Below the pieces are notes generated by a model. The model worked only from the letters and a program-made list of their open reading frames with translations, was not told where the DNA came from and made no database searches. Of a stretch of 32,000 bases of DNA, positions 1 to 9,849 are shown piece by piece. Origin of the DNA: Anaerocolumna xylanovorans DSM 12503 (GTDB lineage: Bacteria; Bacillota; Clostridia; Lachnospirales; Lachnospiraceae). The position numbers were made by a program, and so were the translations under genes. Where the stretch lies: positions 90,722-122,721 of the forward strand of contig NZ_FRFD01000016.1 in NCBI RefSeq assembly GCF_900143645.1, in the 5' to 3' direction. Numbering within the stretch: the first letter of the stretch is position 1; every line of letters starts with the position of its first letter.

Positions 1-147
1 CAGATCAAAGGTATCCATAGACAGTAACAGTTTGGCTTCCGTTCCGGAAAAAGCACCGAACGCCGTATATTTTTCCTTTTCCAGATACCTCCTTATTATC
101 AGGTTGATATCCTCATCATCTTCTACCACCAATATTTTAACTTCCAA
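1..147 (-). CDS. Response regulator, receiver domain N-terminus (partial, runs off the left edge)
   Basis: The reverse strand from a TTG start at 147 reads LEVKILVVEDDEDINLIIRRYLEKEKYTAFGAFSGTEAKLLLSMDTFDL, a typical CheY-like receiver start with the acidic DD pair. A GGAGGAA SD lies at about 152-160. The frame is open to position 1. Confidence 0.75.
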   Translation of the reverse strand, partial: MEVKILVVEDDEDINLIIRRYLEKEKYTAFGAFSGTEAKLLLSMDTFDL

Positions 148-210
148 GACTTTTCCTCCTTCCTAACCGATGCTTTTCTCTTATTGCCGCATTCCTGATA
201 AAGCCTTATG

Positions 211-249
211 AAAAAAACTCTTCTGCTTAAAGTTAACAGCAAAAGAGTT
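211..249 (-). terminator. Rho-independent terminator of lepA
   Basis: On the minus strand, AACTCTTTTGCT-loop-AGCAGAAGAGTT forms a 12-bp stem with one G-U pair and is followed by TTTTTTT. Confidence 0.7.
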
Positions 250-336
250 TTATTTTCCACACTACCCCGTGCATTTCGCAAGTTTACTTGCGAAACTGCC
301 TAAATCAATAGTGAAAAATGTTTTTTATTTTTCACA
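250..336 (-). repeat. Intergenic repeat element, copy 1 (stop-abutting A/U hairpin plus GGGGTAGTGTGGAAAATAAAA motif)
   Basis: The hairpin GTGAAAAAT/ATTTTTCAC at 311-335 starts 1 nt after the lepA stop. A second hairpin, TTTCGCAAG/CTTGCGAAA, lies at 274-295. The motif at 250-270 matches the copy at 21622-21706. Confidence 0.55.
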
Positions 337-2145
337 TTAATCCTCATCCAGCTTTAATACACTCATAAAGGCCTTCTGCGGTATCTCTACGTTACCAATC
401 TGACGCATACGCTTCTTGCCTTCCTTTTGCTTTTCTAACAGTTTCTTCTTACGGGTAATATCACCGCCATAACACTTGGCAAGCACGTCTTTTCTCATGG
501 CTTTCACAGTTTCTCTGGCAATTATCTTGCTGCCGATTGCTGCCTGAATGGGGATTTCAAACAGCTGCCTTGGGATTTCCTCCTTCAGTTTTTCACACAT
601 TTTCCTTCCGCGTTCATAAGCAGATTCTCCATGTACAATAAAGGAAAGGGCATCCACTTCTTCTTTATTAATGAGGATGTCTAACTTCACAAGCTCTGAC
701 TGTACATATCCTTTCATTTCATAATCAAAGGAAGCATAGCCTTTGGATCTGGACTTTAAGGCATCAAAAAAGTCATAAATGATTTCATTTAAGGGCAGTT
801 CATATTTTAGCAGTGCTCTGGTAGTCTCCATATATTCCATACCAAGATATACGCCTCTTCTTTCCTGACAGAGAGTCATGATAGAGCCGACAAATTCTGT
901 TGTCACCATGATTTCTGCGCTTACAATTGGCTCCTCCATAAACAGTATTTCGGAAGGGTCCGGCAAATTGGAGGGATTGGTAATCTCTAATACCTGTCCG
1001 TCAGTTTTATGAACCTTATATACTACACCCGGAGCAGTCGTAACAATGTCCAGGTTGTATTCCCTTTCCAGTCTTTCCTGGATAATCTCAAGGTGCAAAA
1101 GTCCAAGAAAGCCGCAGCGGAATCCAAAGCCTAAGGCCGCAGAGGTCTCCGGTTCAAACTGAAGAGCCGCATCATTTAACTGTAATTTTTCCAGAGCATC
1201 TCTTAAATCAGGATATTTGGCACCATCTGCCGGATACATACCGCAGTAAACCATGGAATTTACCTTTTTATAGCCGGGGAGAGCTTCTTTGCAGGGGTTG
1301 TCCGCATCCGTTACCGTATCTCCGACTCTGGTATCCCGTACGTTTTTTAAACTGGCAGTAATATATCCTACCATACCGGCTGTAAGTTCTTCACAGGGGA
1401 TAAACTGGCCTGCGCCAAAGGTACCGATTTCCACTACGTCTGCACTGGCTCCGGTTGCCATCATTTTGATGTTGGTTCCCCTGGTTACCTTTCCTTCCGT
1501 AATGCGGCAGAATATGATGACTCCCTTGTAGGAATCGTATTTGGAATCAAATATCAGCGCCCTTAAAGGAGCATTCACATCACCCTTTGGCGGAGATATC
1601 TTCGCTACAATCTGTTCTAACACTTCTTCAATATTTATTCCCATCTTTGCTGAAATCAAAGGAGCATCTCCGGCTTCCAGACCGATTACATCTTCAATCT
1701 CTGCTTTTACCCTCTCCGGCTCCGCACTGGGAAGGTCAATCTTGTTAATTACCGGCATGATATCCAGATTATGGTCCAGTGCCAGATATACATTGGCAAG
1801 GGTCTGGGCTTCAATTCCCTGGGCAGCATCCACGACCAGTATTGCGCCTTCACAGGCAGCCAGGCTTCTGGATACCTCATAGTTAAAATCTACATGTCCC
1901 GGCGTATCGATAAGGTTAAAGATATATTCTTCTCCATTCTTCGCCTTGTATACCGTTCTTACCGCCTGGGCTTTTATCGTAATGCCTCTTTCCCTCTCAA
2001 GTTCCATATTGTCCAGAACCTGGGCCTGCATTTCCCTGCTGGTAAGTAACCCTGTCTTTTCTATAATACGATCCGCAAGGGTTGATTTGCCGTGATCTAT
2101 ATGAGCAATGATGCAAAAATTGCGAATATTGCTTTGTTCAATCAT
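337..2145 (-). CDS. lepA: Elongation factor 4 (LepA), translational GTPase
   Basis: The 602-aa ORF carries the G1 motif [17 protein letters not shown] and NKIDL, plus a LepA-specific C-terminal domain. Synteny with spoIIP, gpr and rpsT matches Bacillus and Clostridium. Confidence 0.97.
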   Translation of the reverse strand: MIEQSNIRNFCIIAHIDHGKSTLADRIIEKTGLLTSREMQAQVLDNMELERERGITIKAQAVRTVYKAKNGEEYIFNLIDTPGHVDFNYEVSRSLAACEGAILVVDAAQGIEAQTLANVYLALDHNLDIMPVINKIDLPSAEPERVKAEIEDVIGLEAGDAPLISAKMGINIEEVLEQIVAKISPPKGDVNAPLRALIFDSKYDSYKGVIIFCRITEGKVTRGTNIKMMATGASADVVEIGTFGAGQFIPCEELTAGMVGYITASLKNVRDTRVGDTVTDADNPCKEALPGYKKVNSMVYCGMYPADGAKYPDLRDALEKLQLNDAALQFEPETSAALGFGFRCGFLGLLHLEIIQERLEREYNLDIVTTAPGVVYKVHKTDGQVLEITNPSNLPDPSEILFMEEPIVSAEIMVTTEFVGSIMTLCQERRGVYLGMEYMETTRALLKYELPLNEIIYDFFDALKSRSKGYASFDYEMKGYVQSELVKLDILINKEEVDALSFIVHGESAYERGRKMCEKLKEEIPRQLFEIPIQAAIGSKIIARETVKAMRKDVLAKCYGGDITRKKKLLEKQKEGKKRMRQIGNVEIPQKAFMSVLKLDED

Positions 2146-2245
2146 TTATGTTCCTCCTGCAAAAATGAGATAATCACGAGTATTATAGCATATCATGCAG
2201 ACAGTGACAAGCAGATTGCAGACTTAAAGCAAGGCAATCTTTCAG

Positions 2246-3613
2246 TTAATTTTCTCCCGATAGTACCTGATGCAATACTTCAGCCAGATATTTCATGGAA
2301 TTTTTTTCTTCCGCTACGGTATTATTAATGGTGCCGACTTCCGCAAGAATCGATTTCTTACGTAAATGCAAATTGAACCGGAAGCCTTTCAAATAATTCT
2401 TATACATGTACCCCGGAAATAATTCCCGTCCTTTTAGCTGGAGCTGAAGGCTAAAGGCCAGATTTGCCTGAAGGTTAGGATTATAGAGATAGCCGATATC
2501 TTCCCCCTTGGAATTTCTGCTAAGTCCATTAAAAAGCATCACATTGGCAACCTTTTCACCATTTATAGTCACAACCCTCTTATTGCCGCCGTCTCTGTGC
2601 AAATCTATTATGACTTCTATGGTCGGGTTTTTCTTAAGTATTTTTGATACACCATCCGCCGCATAATTATAGGCCAGATTGCGGTCTAAATACCCTCCCA
2701 TCATGTCATATTTTGTTTTGTCATGGACAACATTATATCCGTAATCTTTCTCCAATATATTGACCAATACATTCCCTACTCCAACGACAGTCTCATCCTC
2801 TGCTCCTTCTCTGCTGTCAGAAAAAGCTTCCTGGGAATGAGTATGATAAATTAATATCTGCGGCTTGTCTGTTTTGGCCTTTAATGTCATATCCATACTT
2901 AACATCTTTTCCGCATCAAATATAGCGTCATTTACAGAAGTAGTGCCGTCTATTATGTAAAAATTATTATATAGGAAATGTTTGTTTTCAAGCTGAGCTA
3001 ACGTATAGTGCTCACCGTTTGCAGAGCTGACAGCCTGCTTGGAGTAATCCTCTACATTACTGGTTCCTTCGTCCTCCATATAGAATTCACCGTTTATAAT
3101 GTCAATAGGCAGCATGGGGTTACTTATTCCCTGTGATTCTGCTGCAACTGCCTCTTCCTCATAATTATTTTCATTTTTTACATCGGTTCCCGTACTGCCT
3201 GCCGCCTTTGCCCCTTGCAGAATTAAGCTTAGATATTCTTTGGGTCCCATAAGAATATTATCATTTGAGGTATAAAGCATCGGATTATTTTCTATGTACT
3301 GTCTTTCTGTAACCGTATCTGCCCTGGCTACATATTCATTGATAGGGAAACTATGTATGATGCCGTTAAAAGCATACCCTTTTGCGTCTCCATTGGTATC
3401 TTCCACGTAGTGTAACAGCGGACTATGTGTTTCTAAAACATAATTTGAAAGAACCGTTATGAATTTTTCTTTTAGAGACTCACTTGATTTCGCCAGGCCG
3501 TTATTGCCAAGTACATTAATTCCCTTGATCAGCACTGTAAAGCTTAGTATTAATATTATTGTCCATAGTGTCATAAAGAAAAGCCGTTCAGCCTTATAGC
3601 GATATCTTTTCAT
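2246..3613 (-). CDS. spoIIP: Stage II sporulation protein P (SpoIIP, amidase-like engulfment hydrolase)
   Basis: The 455-aa ORF has an N-terminal TM segment and a C-terminal region with IYHTHSQEAF and DLHRDG motifs typical of SpoIIP. It sits in the conserved position between gpr and lepA. A GAGGAG SD lies 6 nt upstream. Confidence 0.85.
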   Translation of the reverse strand: MKRYRYKAERLFFMTLWTIILILSFTVLIKGINVLGNNGLAKSSESLKEKFITVLSNYVLETHSPLLHYVEDTNGDAKGYAFNGIIHSFPINEYVARADTVTERQYIENNPMLYTSNDNILMGPKEYLSLILQGAKAAGSTGTDVKNENNYEEEAVAAESQGISNPMLPIDIINGEFYMEDEGTSNVEDYSKQAVSSANGEHYTLAQLENKHFLYNNFYIIDGTTSVNDAIFDAEKMLSMDMTLKAKTDKPQILIYHTHSQEAFSDSREGAEDETVVGVGNVLVNILEKDYGYNVVHDKTKYDMMGGYLDRNLAYNYAADGVSKILKKNPTIEVIIDLHRDGGNKRVVTINGEKVANVMLFNGLSRNSKGEDIGYLYNPNLQANLAFSLQLQLKGRELFPGYMYKNYLKGFRFNLHLRKKSILAEVGTINNTVAEEKNSMKYLAEVLHQVLSGEN

Positions 3614-3760
3614 AGCATACTCCTCATTCAGTATTAAGCATTGTAAAATAACACCTTATTTATCATATGCTTCATTCTTTTATCTGATAACATTTCCAGG
3701 TGCTTTTTAAGAAAAATTTAAGACATGCTATTTTTTTTCTGGCTTAAGTACCATTCCTGA

Positions 3761-3805
3761 TAAAAACTTAGGAAGAAACTACCGTCAAAGGGCCCGTTTC
3801 TTCCT
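3761..3805 (-). terminator. Terminator downstream of gpr
   Basis: AGGAAGAAAC (3770-3779) and GTTTCTTCCT (3796-3805) form a perfect 10-bp stem. A T-rich run follows on the minus strand. Confidence 0.65.
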
Positions 3806-3823
3806 AATATAATAGTCATATTT

Positions 3824-4732
3824 TTATGCAAAGCACTGGTTAAGCGCTTCCGATACGGTATAGCTGATTTGTTTCACTGCTTCATCAATGTTTTTTGGTG
3901 TCACAAACATATTACGCATGCTCTGCTCTCCAACCTCTCTTGTAAACTGATTTATTTCCTGCTCCGCAAAACCCTGTCCCTGCATAAAATGTTCCATAGA
4001 ATCCATTACAATAGTGGCAGCATCTACGACGGTTGGGATACCGAGTGCGATTACATCCACTCCAAGACTTTCCTTATTAAGGGCCCTTCGGTTATTTCCC
4101 ACTCCTGACCCGGGACTGATTCCGGTATCCGTTATCTGTATTGTCTTATTCACCCTGCTTACACTTCTTGCAGCCAGTGCATCTATTACCACAATCAGCT
4201 TTGGCATAGTCTCTTTTATAATGCCTCTTAATATTTCACTGGTTTCCATTCCTGTCTGTGCCATGACTCCCGGAGCTATGGCGCTGATATTTCCCATTTT
4301 ATTTTTTTCAAGGAATTCCTGCCCGTATTCTTTCTTAAGATGCCTTGTCACCAGAAGATTGTCTACCACCTGGGGACCTAACGCATCAGGAGTAACCTCT
4401 CTGTTTCCAAGCCCTGCTATCAGTATTTCCTTACCGCTCACCTCACCGGCCAGCTGCCTGATATACTTGGCAATTTCCTTTGAAATCGGTTCCTGAAAGC
4501 TTTCATCCTTCTCATCAAGCTTTACCGCCTCGATTGTTATATAGGTTCCGATTGGCTTTCCCATGGCTTTAGAGCCTCTTTCATCCTTAATGGTAACGGT
4601 TGTAACCTTTATGTCTTTTTTCTTGTTGTATTCTTCCTTTAGTATAACGCCCTGTATTTCAACATCGTCCTCCGGAAATGTTTCCCTGACTTCCAAAGCC
4701 AGGTCGGTCCTTGGCATATTTAATTTACCCAT
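3824..4732 (-). CDS. gpr: Germination protease GPR (spore endopeptidase)
   Basis: The 302-aa ORF has RTDLALE near the N-terminus and a GPR/HybD-like fold signature (LGNREVTPDALGP, VIDALAARS, GISPGSGVGN). Confidence 0.9.
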   Translation of the reverse strand: MGKLNMPRTDLALEVRETFPEDDVEIQGVILKEEYNKKKDIKVTTVTIKDERGSKAMGKPIGTYITIEAVKLDEKDESFQEPISKEIAKYIRQLAGEVSGKEILIAGLGNREVTPDALGPQVVDNLLVTRHLKKEYGQEFLEKNKMGNISAIAPGVMAQTGMETSEILRGIIKETMPKLIVVIDALAARSVSRVNKTIQITDTGISPGSGVGNNRRALNKESLGVDVIALGIPTVVDAATIVMDSMEHFMQGQGFAEQEINQFTREVGEQSMRNMFVTPKNIDEAVKQISYTVSEALNQCFA

Positions 4733-4797
4733 CGGATATGATTCCTCCTTTTATGTTCTTTCTATTTTATTTTTTGCATATTTTTTAAATTTATGTA

Positions 4798-4826
4798 TTG
4801 ACATAGGATATGCTTTATACTACTAT
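4798..4826 (+). promoter_or_regulatory. Putative sigma-A promoter of rpsT
   Basis: TTGACA (4798-4803), a 17-nt spacer, then TACTAT (4821-4826). Confidence 0.45.
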
Positions 4827-4913
4827 ATAATAGTATGTTTACATTAGAACGTCCGTGTCCGGATTTAATGAAACAAAGATCAAAATTTAAATATAGTTGT
4901 GGAGGTGTACGAT

Positions 4914-5177
4914 TTGGCTAACATTAAATCTGCTAAGAAACGTATTTTAGTGAATGAAACAAAAGCATTAAGAAATAAGGCTATTAAGTCTAAAGTTAAG
5001 ACTTCTATAAAGAAAGTAGATGCTGCCGTGGCTGCCGGTGACAAAGAACTTGCTAAGACAAGCTTACTTGCTGCTATTTCTGATATTAGCAAAGCAACAT
5101 CCAAAGGTGTTTATCACAAAAATACTGCTGCAAGAAAAGTTTCCCGTTTAAGCAAAGCTGTTAACACCCTTGCTTAA
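4914..5177 (+). CDS. rpsT: 30S ribosomal protein S20
   Basis: ANIKSAKKRILVNETKALRNKAIKS is the canonical S20 N-terminus. I place the start at TTG 4914, 6 nt after the GGAGGTG SD, rather than the GTG at 4899 used in the ORF track. Confidence 0.93.
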   Translation: MANIKSAKKRILVNETKALRNKAIKSKVKTSIKKVDAAVAAGDKELAKTSLLAAISDISKATSKGVYHKNTAARKVSRLSKAVNTLA

Positions 5178-5213
5178 GAATAAAAGAATCTGAAACAACC
5201 CATTCAGATTTAG

Positions 5214-5267
5214 AATAGAAAGAGAAAGAGCCGGCTGCCCAGGCAGCCGGCTCTTTCTCTTTCTATT
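5214..5267. terminator. Bidirectional terminator between convergent rpsT and the MCP gene
   Basis: A perfect 24-bp inverted repeat (5214-5237 and 5244-5267) has a 6-nt loop. It ends 1 nt from the MCP stop codon. A smaller hairpin, AATCTGAA/TTCAGATT, lies at 5186-5209. Confidence 0.8.
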
Positions 5268-5268
5268 G

Positions 5269-6987
5269 TTATTCATTTACTTTAAAAACTGCAACTGCTT
5301 TATTGAGGCTTTCCGCAATCATCGCCTGGCTATTAGCCATCTTTGACATATCCTCAATGGATCTTGAGGTTGTTTCCATTCCTTTTAATATTCCTTCCGA
5401 ACTCTGCGCTGTTCCTTCCATATTTCCGGCGATACTTTGTACTACGCTGCTGATTTCTTCTGTTGATGCATTGAGTTCTTCTGACATAGATGCAGTATCC
5501 TGTGAAATTCCATTCATGTAAATAGCATCCTGCTCATAATTTTCACCGGTATCAATCAGCGTATCATAATCCGCACGTACTCTGTTGTCTACGAACTGCA
5601 ATACTTCTCTTGAATTTTCTGCCAAATCATTTACAGAGTGAATAACTTTCCCTACAAGCTCTGCAATATTCTTAACGTAATCCGATGACTGTTCTGCCAG
5701 GCTTCTGATTTCATCGGCAACTACTGCAAAACCTCTGCCGTGCTCACCTGCTCTCGCTGCCTCAATTGCAGCGTTTAATGACAACAGGTTTGTCTGTTCA
5801 GCAATAGAAGCAATGGAACTTGCAATAATAGATATTTCCTCTACTACCTTAACCTTTTCGATAGACTGCTGTATCATTTCTGCTTTTTCATTATAAAGCT
5901 TATCTGCCAGTTCTTTGGACTTTATACCATTTTCCTTGATTCTTACGGCACGGTCCTTAATCTCTATCGAATGCATATTACTGTCGGAGGAATTGGATGC
6001 AAGCTGAGTTACACCGGAATTAACCTGTTCTATTGTCGCTGTCAGCTCTTCTGTAGCTGCATTAACGTCCAAAATTCCGTTTACAATATTCCCGGTATTC
6101 TCATTGATGGCTGCAAAAGTTGTTGAAACTTCTTCAATGGCAGCAGAAAGCTCTTGGCTGGAGGCGGCCACTTCCATGGTTCTGTCCATAATGTTTGCTA
6201 CGGTATTCCTCATTCTCTCCTGTGCCTTACTCATGGACTGAAGCAATTTACCAAATTCATCATTGCTTCTGTAGCGTACCTTATAGGTTAAATCTCCGCT
6301 TTCTAAAGCCTGAGCAAACAATAAGCCCATTTTCAAATTCTTTGTTATGTATAAAGATAATAAAAGTCCAAGACTTACGGCAATAAGACCGCCAACTGCA
6401 GAAAATACAATTGTGAGAAGGCTCACCGTAAAAACACTGCTCTGATTTTGCTTGTTCCTGGTATCAGCCATTTCCTGATTGTCTTTTACCAGCTGGTCTA
6501 ACTGCTTCTGCATTGTAGCTCTGCTGTTTTCGTTGTCATCCAACAAGCCTATTGCCATAGCATTATTTCCCTGAGATACATATTTTAATATTTCATCTCT
6601 GGAAGCCGCATATTTGGAAAGTTCTTCTTTATAGTTGTCCCATAGTTTCTTATTGTCTGATTTTAAGAGCTCCTTTTCATAATTATCCATAAGAAGTGTG
6701 TTCTCTTTTTTCAGGTTGTCAATTAACGGAATTATCTTATCTGTTGTCTGCATACTCTGAGAATACACTACCTCTAATAAGTAAGCTTTGATCTCCAGGT
6801 TATCTTCCGTTATCTGATGCAGTATATCAATGCTTTTCAGATTATAGCCATACATATCTTCACCATTTTTGGCAACATTTTTTACACTTAATGATGCAAT
6901 AATTCCAGTAGAAATAACAAATACTAGAATAATCAGAAAACTTGCTATAAGTTTTACTCTGATAGAAAGGTTTTTAAATAACTTCAT
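5269..6987 (-). CDS. Methyl-accepting chemotaxis protein (4-helix-bundle sensor, HAMP, MA signalling domain)
   Basis: The highly conserved hairpin motif [38 protein letters not shown] is present. There are two TM segments and a HAMP-like stretch. The start is uncertain: ATG at 6987 or TTG at 6993. Confidence 0.9.
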   Translation of the reverse strand: MKLFKNLSIRVKLIASFLIILVFVISTGIIASLSVKNVAKNGEDMYGYNLKSIDILHQITEDNLEIKAYLLEVVYSQSMQTTDKIIPLIDNLKKENTLLMDNYEKELLKSDNKKLWDNYKEELSKYAASRDEILKYVSQGNNAMAIGLLDDNENSRATMQKQLDQLVKDNQEMADTRNKQNQSSVFTVSLLTIVFSAVGGLIAVSLGLLLSLYITKNLKMGLLFAQALESGDLTYKVRYRSNDEFGKLLQSMSKAQERMRNTVANIMDRTMEVAASSQELSAAIEEVSTTFAAINENTGNIVNGILDVNAATEELTATIEQVNSGVTQLASNSSDSNMHSIEIKDRAVRIKENGIKSKELADKLYNEKAEMIQQSIEKVKVVEEISIIASSIASIAEQTNLLSLNAAIEAARAGEHGRGFAVVADEIRSLAEQSSDYVKNIAELVGKVIHSVNDLAENSREVLQFVDNRVRADYDTLIDTGENYEQDAIYMNGISQDTASMSEELNASTEEISSVVQSIAGNMEGTAQSSEGILKGMETTSRSIEDMSKMANSQAMIAESLNKAVAVFKVNE

Positions 6988-7238
6988 AAACAAATTTTGT
7001 ATATAGAAAAAATTTCTATATATTTCTCCTTCTGCATTAATTTATTGTCCTTTTTTCATATTACTTTATTCATCAGATAATATCAAGCTTAATTAATAAC
7101 AATTTAACTGTCAATAATTAAATATGCTATATTTCAAATATTTATTTTAATCCCTTAAAACTTAATAAAATGCTGTTATAAGGGCAAATATCTTAATTAA
7201 TAAACCAAAATAAAATTATTAAATTTTAATAAACTGTA

Positions 7239-7267
7239 TTGCATTAAATCAAATTTTGTGCCATAAT
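7239..7267 (+). promoter_or_regulatory. Putative sigma-A promoter of sodA
   Basis: TTGCAT (7239-7244), a 17-nt spacer, then CATAAT (7262-7267) preceded by TGC. Confidence 0.5.
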
Positions 7268-7275
7268 ACAATTAC

Positions 7276-7295
7276 GATATTGATTATCATTATTA
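7276..7295 (+). promoter_or_regulatory. Fur-family (Fur/PerR-like) operator candidate
   Basis: TGATTATCATTATTA (7281-7295) matches the 7-1-7 Fur box TGATAATnATTATCA at 12 of 14 defined positions. It lies just downstream of the predicted -10. Confidence 0.4.
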
Positions 7296-7329
7296 AATAA
7301 AATAATTTTATAAAAAGGAGTGACTGAAT

Positions 7330-7956
7330 ATGTTTAAACAAGTAGAATTAAAATATGACTTTAACGCTTTGGAACCCCATATTGATGAGCTTACTATGGT
7401 GACTCACTATACAAAGCACCATGCCGCTTATACAAACAACTTAAATGCTGCCTTGGAGAAATCTCCTGAACTGGCAGACAAATCAATTGAAGATATCTTT
7501 ACTTCTCTTGCAGATATTGCAGATGAAGCACAAAAAAATGCCATTCGCAATAATGGCGGAGGCTTTTATAACCACAATCTTTACTTTTCCACACTCTCTC
7601 CTAATGCCGGAGGTGAACCGGATGGTAAACTCTCTGAACAGATCAAGAAAGATTTTGGCAGCTTCGATGCATTGAAAGAACGGCTTTCCCAGGCAGCTGC
7701 CACAAGGTTTGGCTCCGGCTGGGCATGGCTGTCAGTGAATAAAGACGGTGCCCTACAGGTAAGCTCAAGTCCCAATCAGGATAATCCTATTATGGAAACC
7801 AAGGGTGAATGGGTACCTATTCTTGGAATTGACGTGTGGGAACATGCTTATTATCTGAAATACAAGAATTTAAGAGCTGACTATATCAAATCCTTCTTTG
7901 AAGTCCTTGACTGGAAGGAAGTTGCATCCAATTATAAAAATGCCAGAAACAGATAA
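7330..7956 (+). CDS. sodA: Fe/Mn superoxide dismutase
   Basis: The 208-aa ORF has the hallmark motifs HHxKHH-like (HYTKHHAAY), FNNGGG-like (IRNNGGGFYNH) and DVWEHAYYL. An AAGGAG SD is present. Confidence 0.93.
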   Translation: MFKQVELKYDFNALEPHIDELTMVTHYTKHHAAYTNNLNAALEKSPELADKSIEDIFTSLADIADEAQKNAIRNNGGGFYNHNLYFSTLSPNAGGEPDGKLSEQIKKDFGSFDALKERLSQAAATRFGSGWAWLSVNKDGALQVSSSPNQDNPIMETKGEWVPILGIDVWEHAYYLKYKNLRADYIKSFFEVLDWKEVASNYKNARNR

Positions 7957-7964
7957 AATAAAAA

Positions 7965-8013
7965 ACAGGTGAGGCACTCTATATTTATCAATACAGATGC
8001 TTCACCTGTTTTT
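7965..8013 (+). terminator. sodA terminator
   Basis: ACAGGTGAGGCA (7965-7976) pairs with TGCTTCACCTGT (7998-8009) in a 12-bp stem with one G-U pair, followed by TTTT. Confidence 0.7.
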
Positions 8014-8076
8014 ATTGTTTATTCCCCTTTAATATCTCATGAAGCAGTCTTTCCTGCCCGGATAAATCAGTATAAC

Positions 8077-8685
8077 CTATATAACTCTCTTTCGAAATAA
8101 TGAGATTTCAAGATTTTCCGCCACATGTTTCTGATAATGCCGGAACAAAACAATAGCAGTTATAGCAATACAGCCCGCTGCCACTGCTTTGCTGTCACAA
8201 AGCAATAAAGCTGATACTCCAAAGCACACAAAAGTAATAATACTTTTACAGGAGTCCGGGCTTATGCAGATAACGCAGGAAAACAGTATATAAAAGAGTA
8301 CCAGCAGTGATAACGGTGTAATAATAGGATATAAACCCATCAACACACCAAAGGACACTGCTATTGCCTTTCCTCCCCTTCCATGCCTGTACAGTGGATA
8401 TGCATGCCCCAAGACCGGCGCTGCCATTACAACAGCAAACATATTATTATTGACATCCAAAAATCCTGCCCCTATAAATACGGGAAGAAAGCCTTTTAGC
8501 AGTTCTAAGATAAGAACTTTTGTTCCAACCTTTTTATTTCCATATCTAAAAGCATTATGGGTTCCTGGATTTTTATCATCGCTAAGCTTTGTGATATCTA
8601 TATCATAGAATATTTTCGGTAAGATATAGGCAAATAAGATACTTCCGCAGCAGTAACCTGCCGCTATGAATAGCAAATACCTCAT
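8077..8685 (-). CDS. plsY: PlsY-family glycerol-3-phosphate acyltransferase
   Basis: The 202-aa polytopic membrane protein has N-terminal GYxxGSI, the NPGTxN-type motif (KNPGTHNAFR), and the LKGF and HxxP/GGKG (GRGGKAIAV) motifs of the G3P_acyltransf family. Confidence 0.8.
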   Translation of the reverse strand: MRYLLFIAAGYCCGSILFAYILPKIFYDIDITKLSDDKNPGTHNAFRYGNKKVGTKVLILELLKGFLPVFIGAGFLDVNNNMFAVVMAAPVLGHAYPLYRHGRGGKAIAVSFGVLMGLYPIITPLSLLVLFYILFSCVICISPDSCKSIITFVCFGVSALLLCDSKAVAAGCIAITAIVLFRHYQKHVAENLEISLFRKRVI

Positions 8686-8727
8686 ATAAGCTCCTTCCGG
8701 ATCAGCACCCTGATTCTATCAATTACG

Positions 8728-9849
8728 TTATGAATTCACTGACATCTGCTCTAATAAATTACTGATCTCTGCGGCCGCTTCCCTCTTGGCATATTGCCTT
8801 TGGGCAGCAAGCATCTGTTCACGCAGCTGCTTATCGTTCACAAACTGCCTCCCGCATTCAATCTGCTCTGAAATTTTCCCCGGTGCCGCCGATATTCCTC
8901 TCGGAACAAAAAACTTCAGATTATCTATCTCACAGCCAGGTATCGGAGCCGTATGAATCAATGGTCTGTTCTTTATAATAACCTCTGTGGAAGAGAGCCC
9001 GCCCGGTTTCGTATATACTACATCGCAGGCCTCCATATATAAGGATACCTTTCTGGTAAATCCTATAATATGTATGTTTCTATTATCCTTAAAATCACGT
9101 TTCAGAGTCTTTTTTAGAAAATCATTGGTGCCGCAGATAACCATTATATGCTCACCGCTGTTACAGCCTTTCGCCAGTTGTCTGGTAAATCTTCTGATCT
9201 TTCCAAATCCCATGCTTCCGCCCATTATCAGATACACAGGTTTATCCTCGGGAAGTTTTAATATCTTTCTGGCTTTCTTTTTTCCAATATTATTATAAAA
9301 TTCCTCTCTTACCGGAATTCCGAATGGATATATCTTATCTTTTGGGATACCTTTTGAAGTAAAATTCTCTGTAAGCTCCTCATGCGGAATAACAAAAGCA
9401 TCACATAAAGTCTCTTCCCAGAAAGGACTCCAGGTATAGTCAGTCTGTACAGATACTATGCTTTGTTTTAACATACCTTTTCTCTTCATATAAGTTAAGG
9501 TTTCTCCGGCGTAAAGGTGAGTCGTAACCAAAATATCAAAATCCGGGTGCTCTTCCAAATATTTATATAAATATTTGGCCATACCTGCATTGGAATAATA
9601 AACGGGAGATTTTCTGTCCGGTGAGGACAATATAGCCCCTGCCTTATAGAAAAGATGAAATATATGGGGTGCATACTTTGTAGATAATATATAGGATCTG
9701 CTTACTCTCCTGTCATGCCTTTCACCTGCCAGCTTCATAAATCCAAGTACCACAGCATCATGACCATGTTTTGTCAAATACTCTTCAATCGCCTTGGCTG
9801 CTGTGTTGTGCCCTTCACCTGTATTACAGGTTAAAATCAGTACCTTCAT
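8728..9849 (-). CDS. Diacylglycerol glycosyltransferase (MGDG-synthase / UgtP-like, GT28 family)
   Basis: The N-terminus MKVLILTCNTGEGHNTAAKAI is typical of the MGDG_synth domain, and a C-terminal GT-B half is present (GGSMGFG ... KPGGLSSTE). It is probably co-transcribed with the plsY-like gene. Confidence 0.8.
   Translation of the reverse strand: MKVLILTCNTGEGHNTAAKAIEEYLTKHGHDAVVLGFMKLAGERHDRRVSRSYILSTKYAPHIFHLFYKAGAILSSPDRKSPVYYSNAGMAKYLYKYLEEHPDFDILVTTHLYAGETLTYMKRKGMLKQSIVSVQTDYTWSPFWEETLCDAFVIPHEELTENFTSKGIPKDKIYPFGIPVREEFYNNIGKKKARKILKLPEDKPVYLIMGGSMGFGKIRRFTRQLAKGCNSGEHIMVICGTNDFLKKTLKRDFKDNRNIHIIGFTRKVSLYMEACDVVYTKPGGLSSTEVIIKNRPLIHTAPIPGCEIDNLKFFVPRGISAAPGKISEQIECGRQFVNDKQLREQMLAAQRQYAKREAAAEISNLLEQMSVNS

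Noticed and set aside
1289-2328. Several plus-strand ORFs of 78-113 aa (1289-1531, 1541-1882, 1771-2049, 2092-2328) overlap lepA or the lepA-spoIIP junction.
   Set aside because: They are antisense to a highly conserved gene, have low-complexity Ser/Ile/Ala-rich translations, lack an SD and resemble no known protein. They are typical shadow ORFs.
6994-7030. The hairpin ATATAGAAA-ttt-TTTCTATAT between a GGAGAA SD-like motif and the MCP start codon, as a possible structure that brings a distant SD close to the start.
   Set aside because: Even with the hairpin folded, the SD-to-ATG distance stays at about 15 nt. The stem is AT-only and weak. The arrangement is more simply explained by promoter-region AT richness and an SD-poor start.
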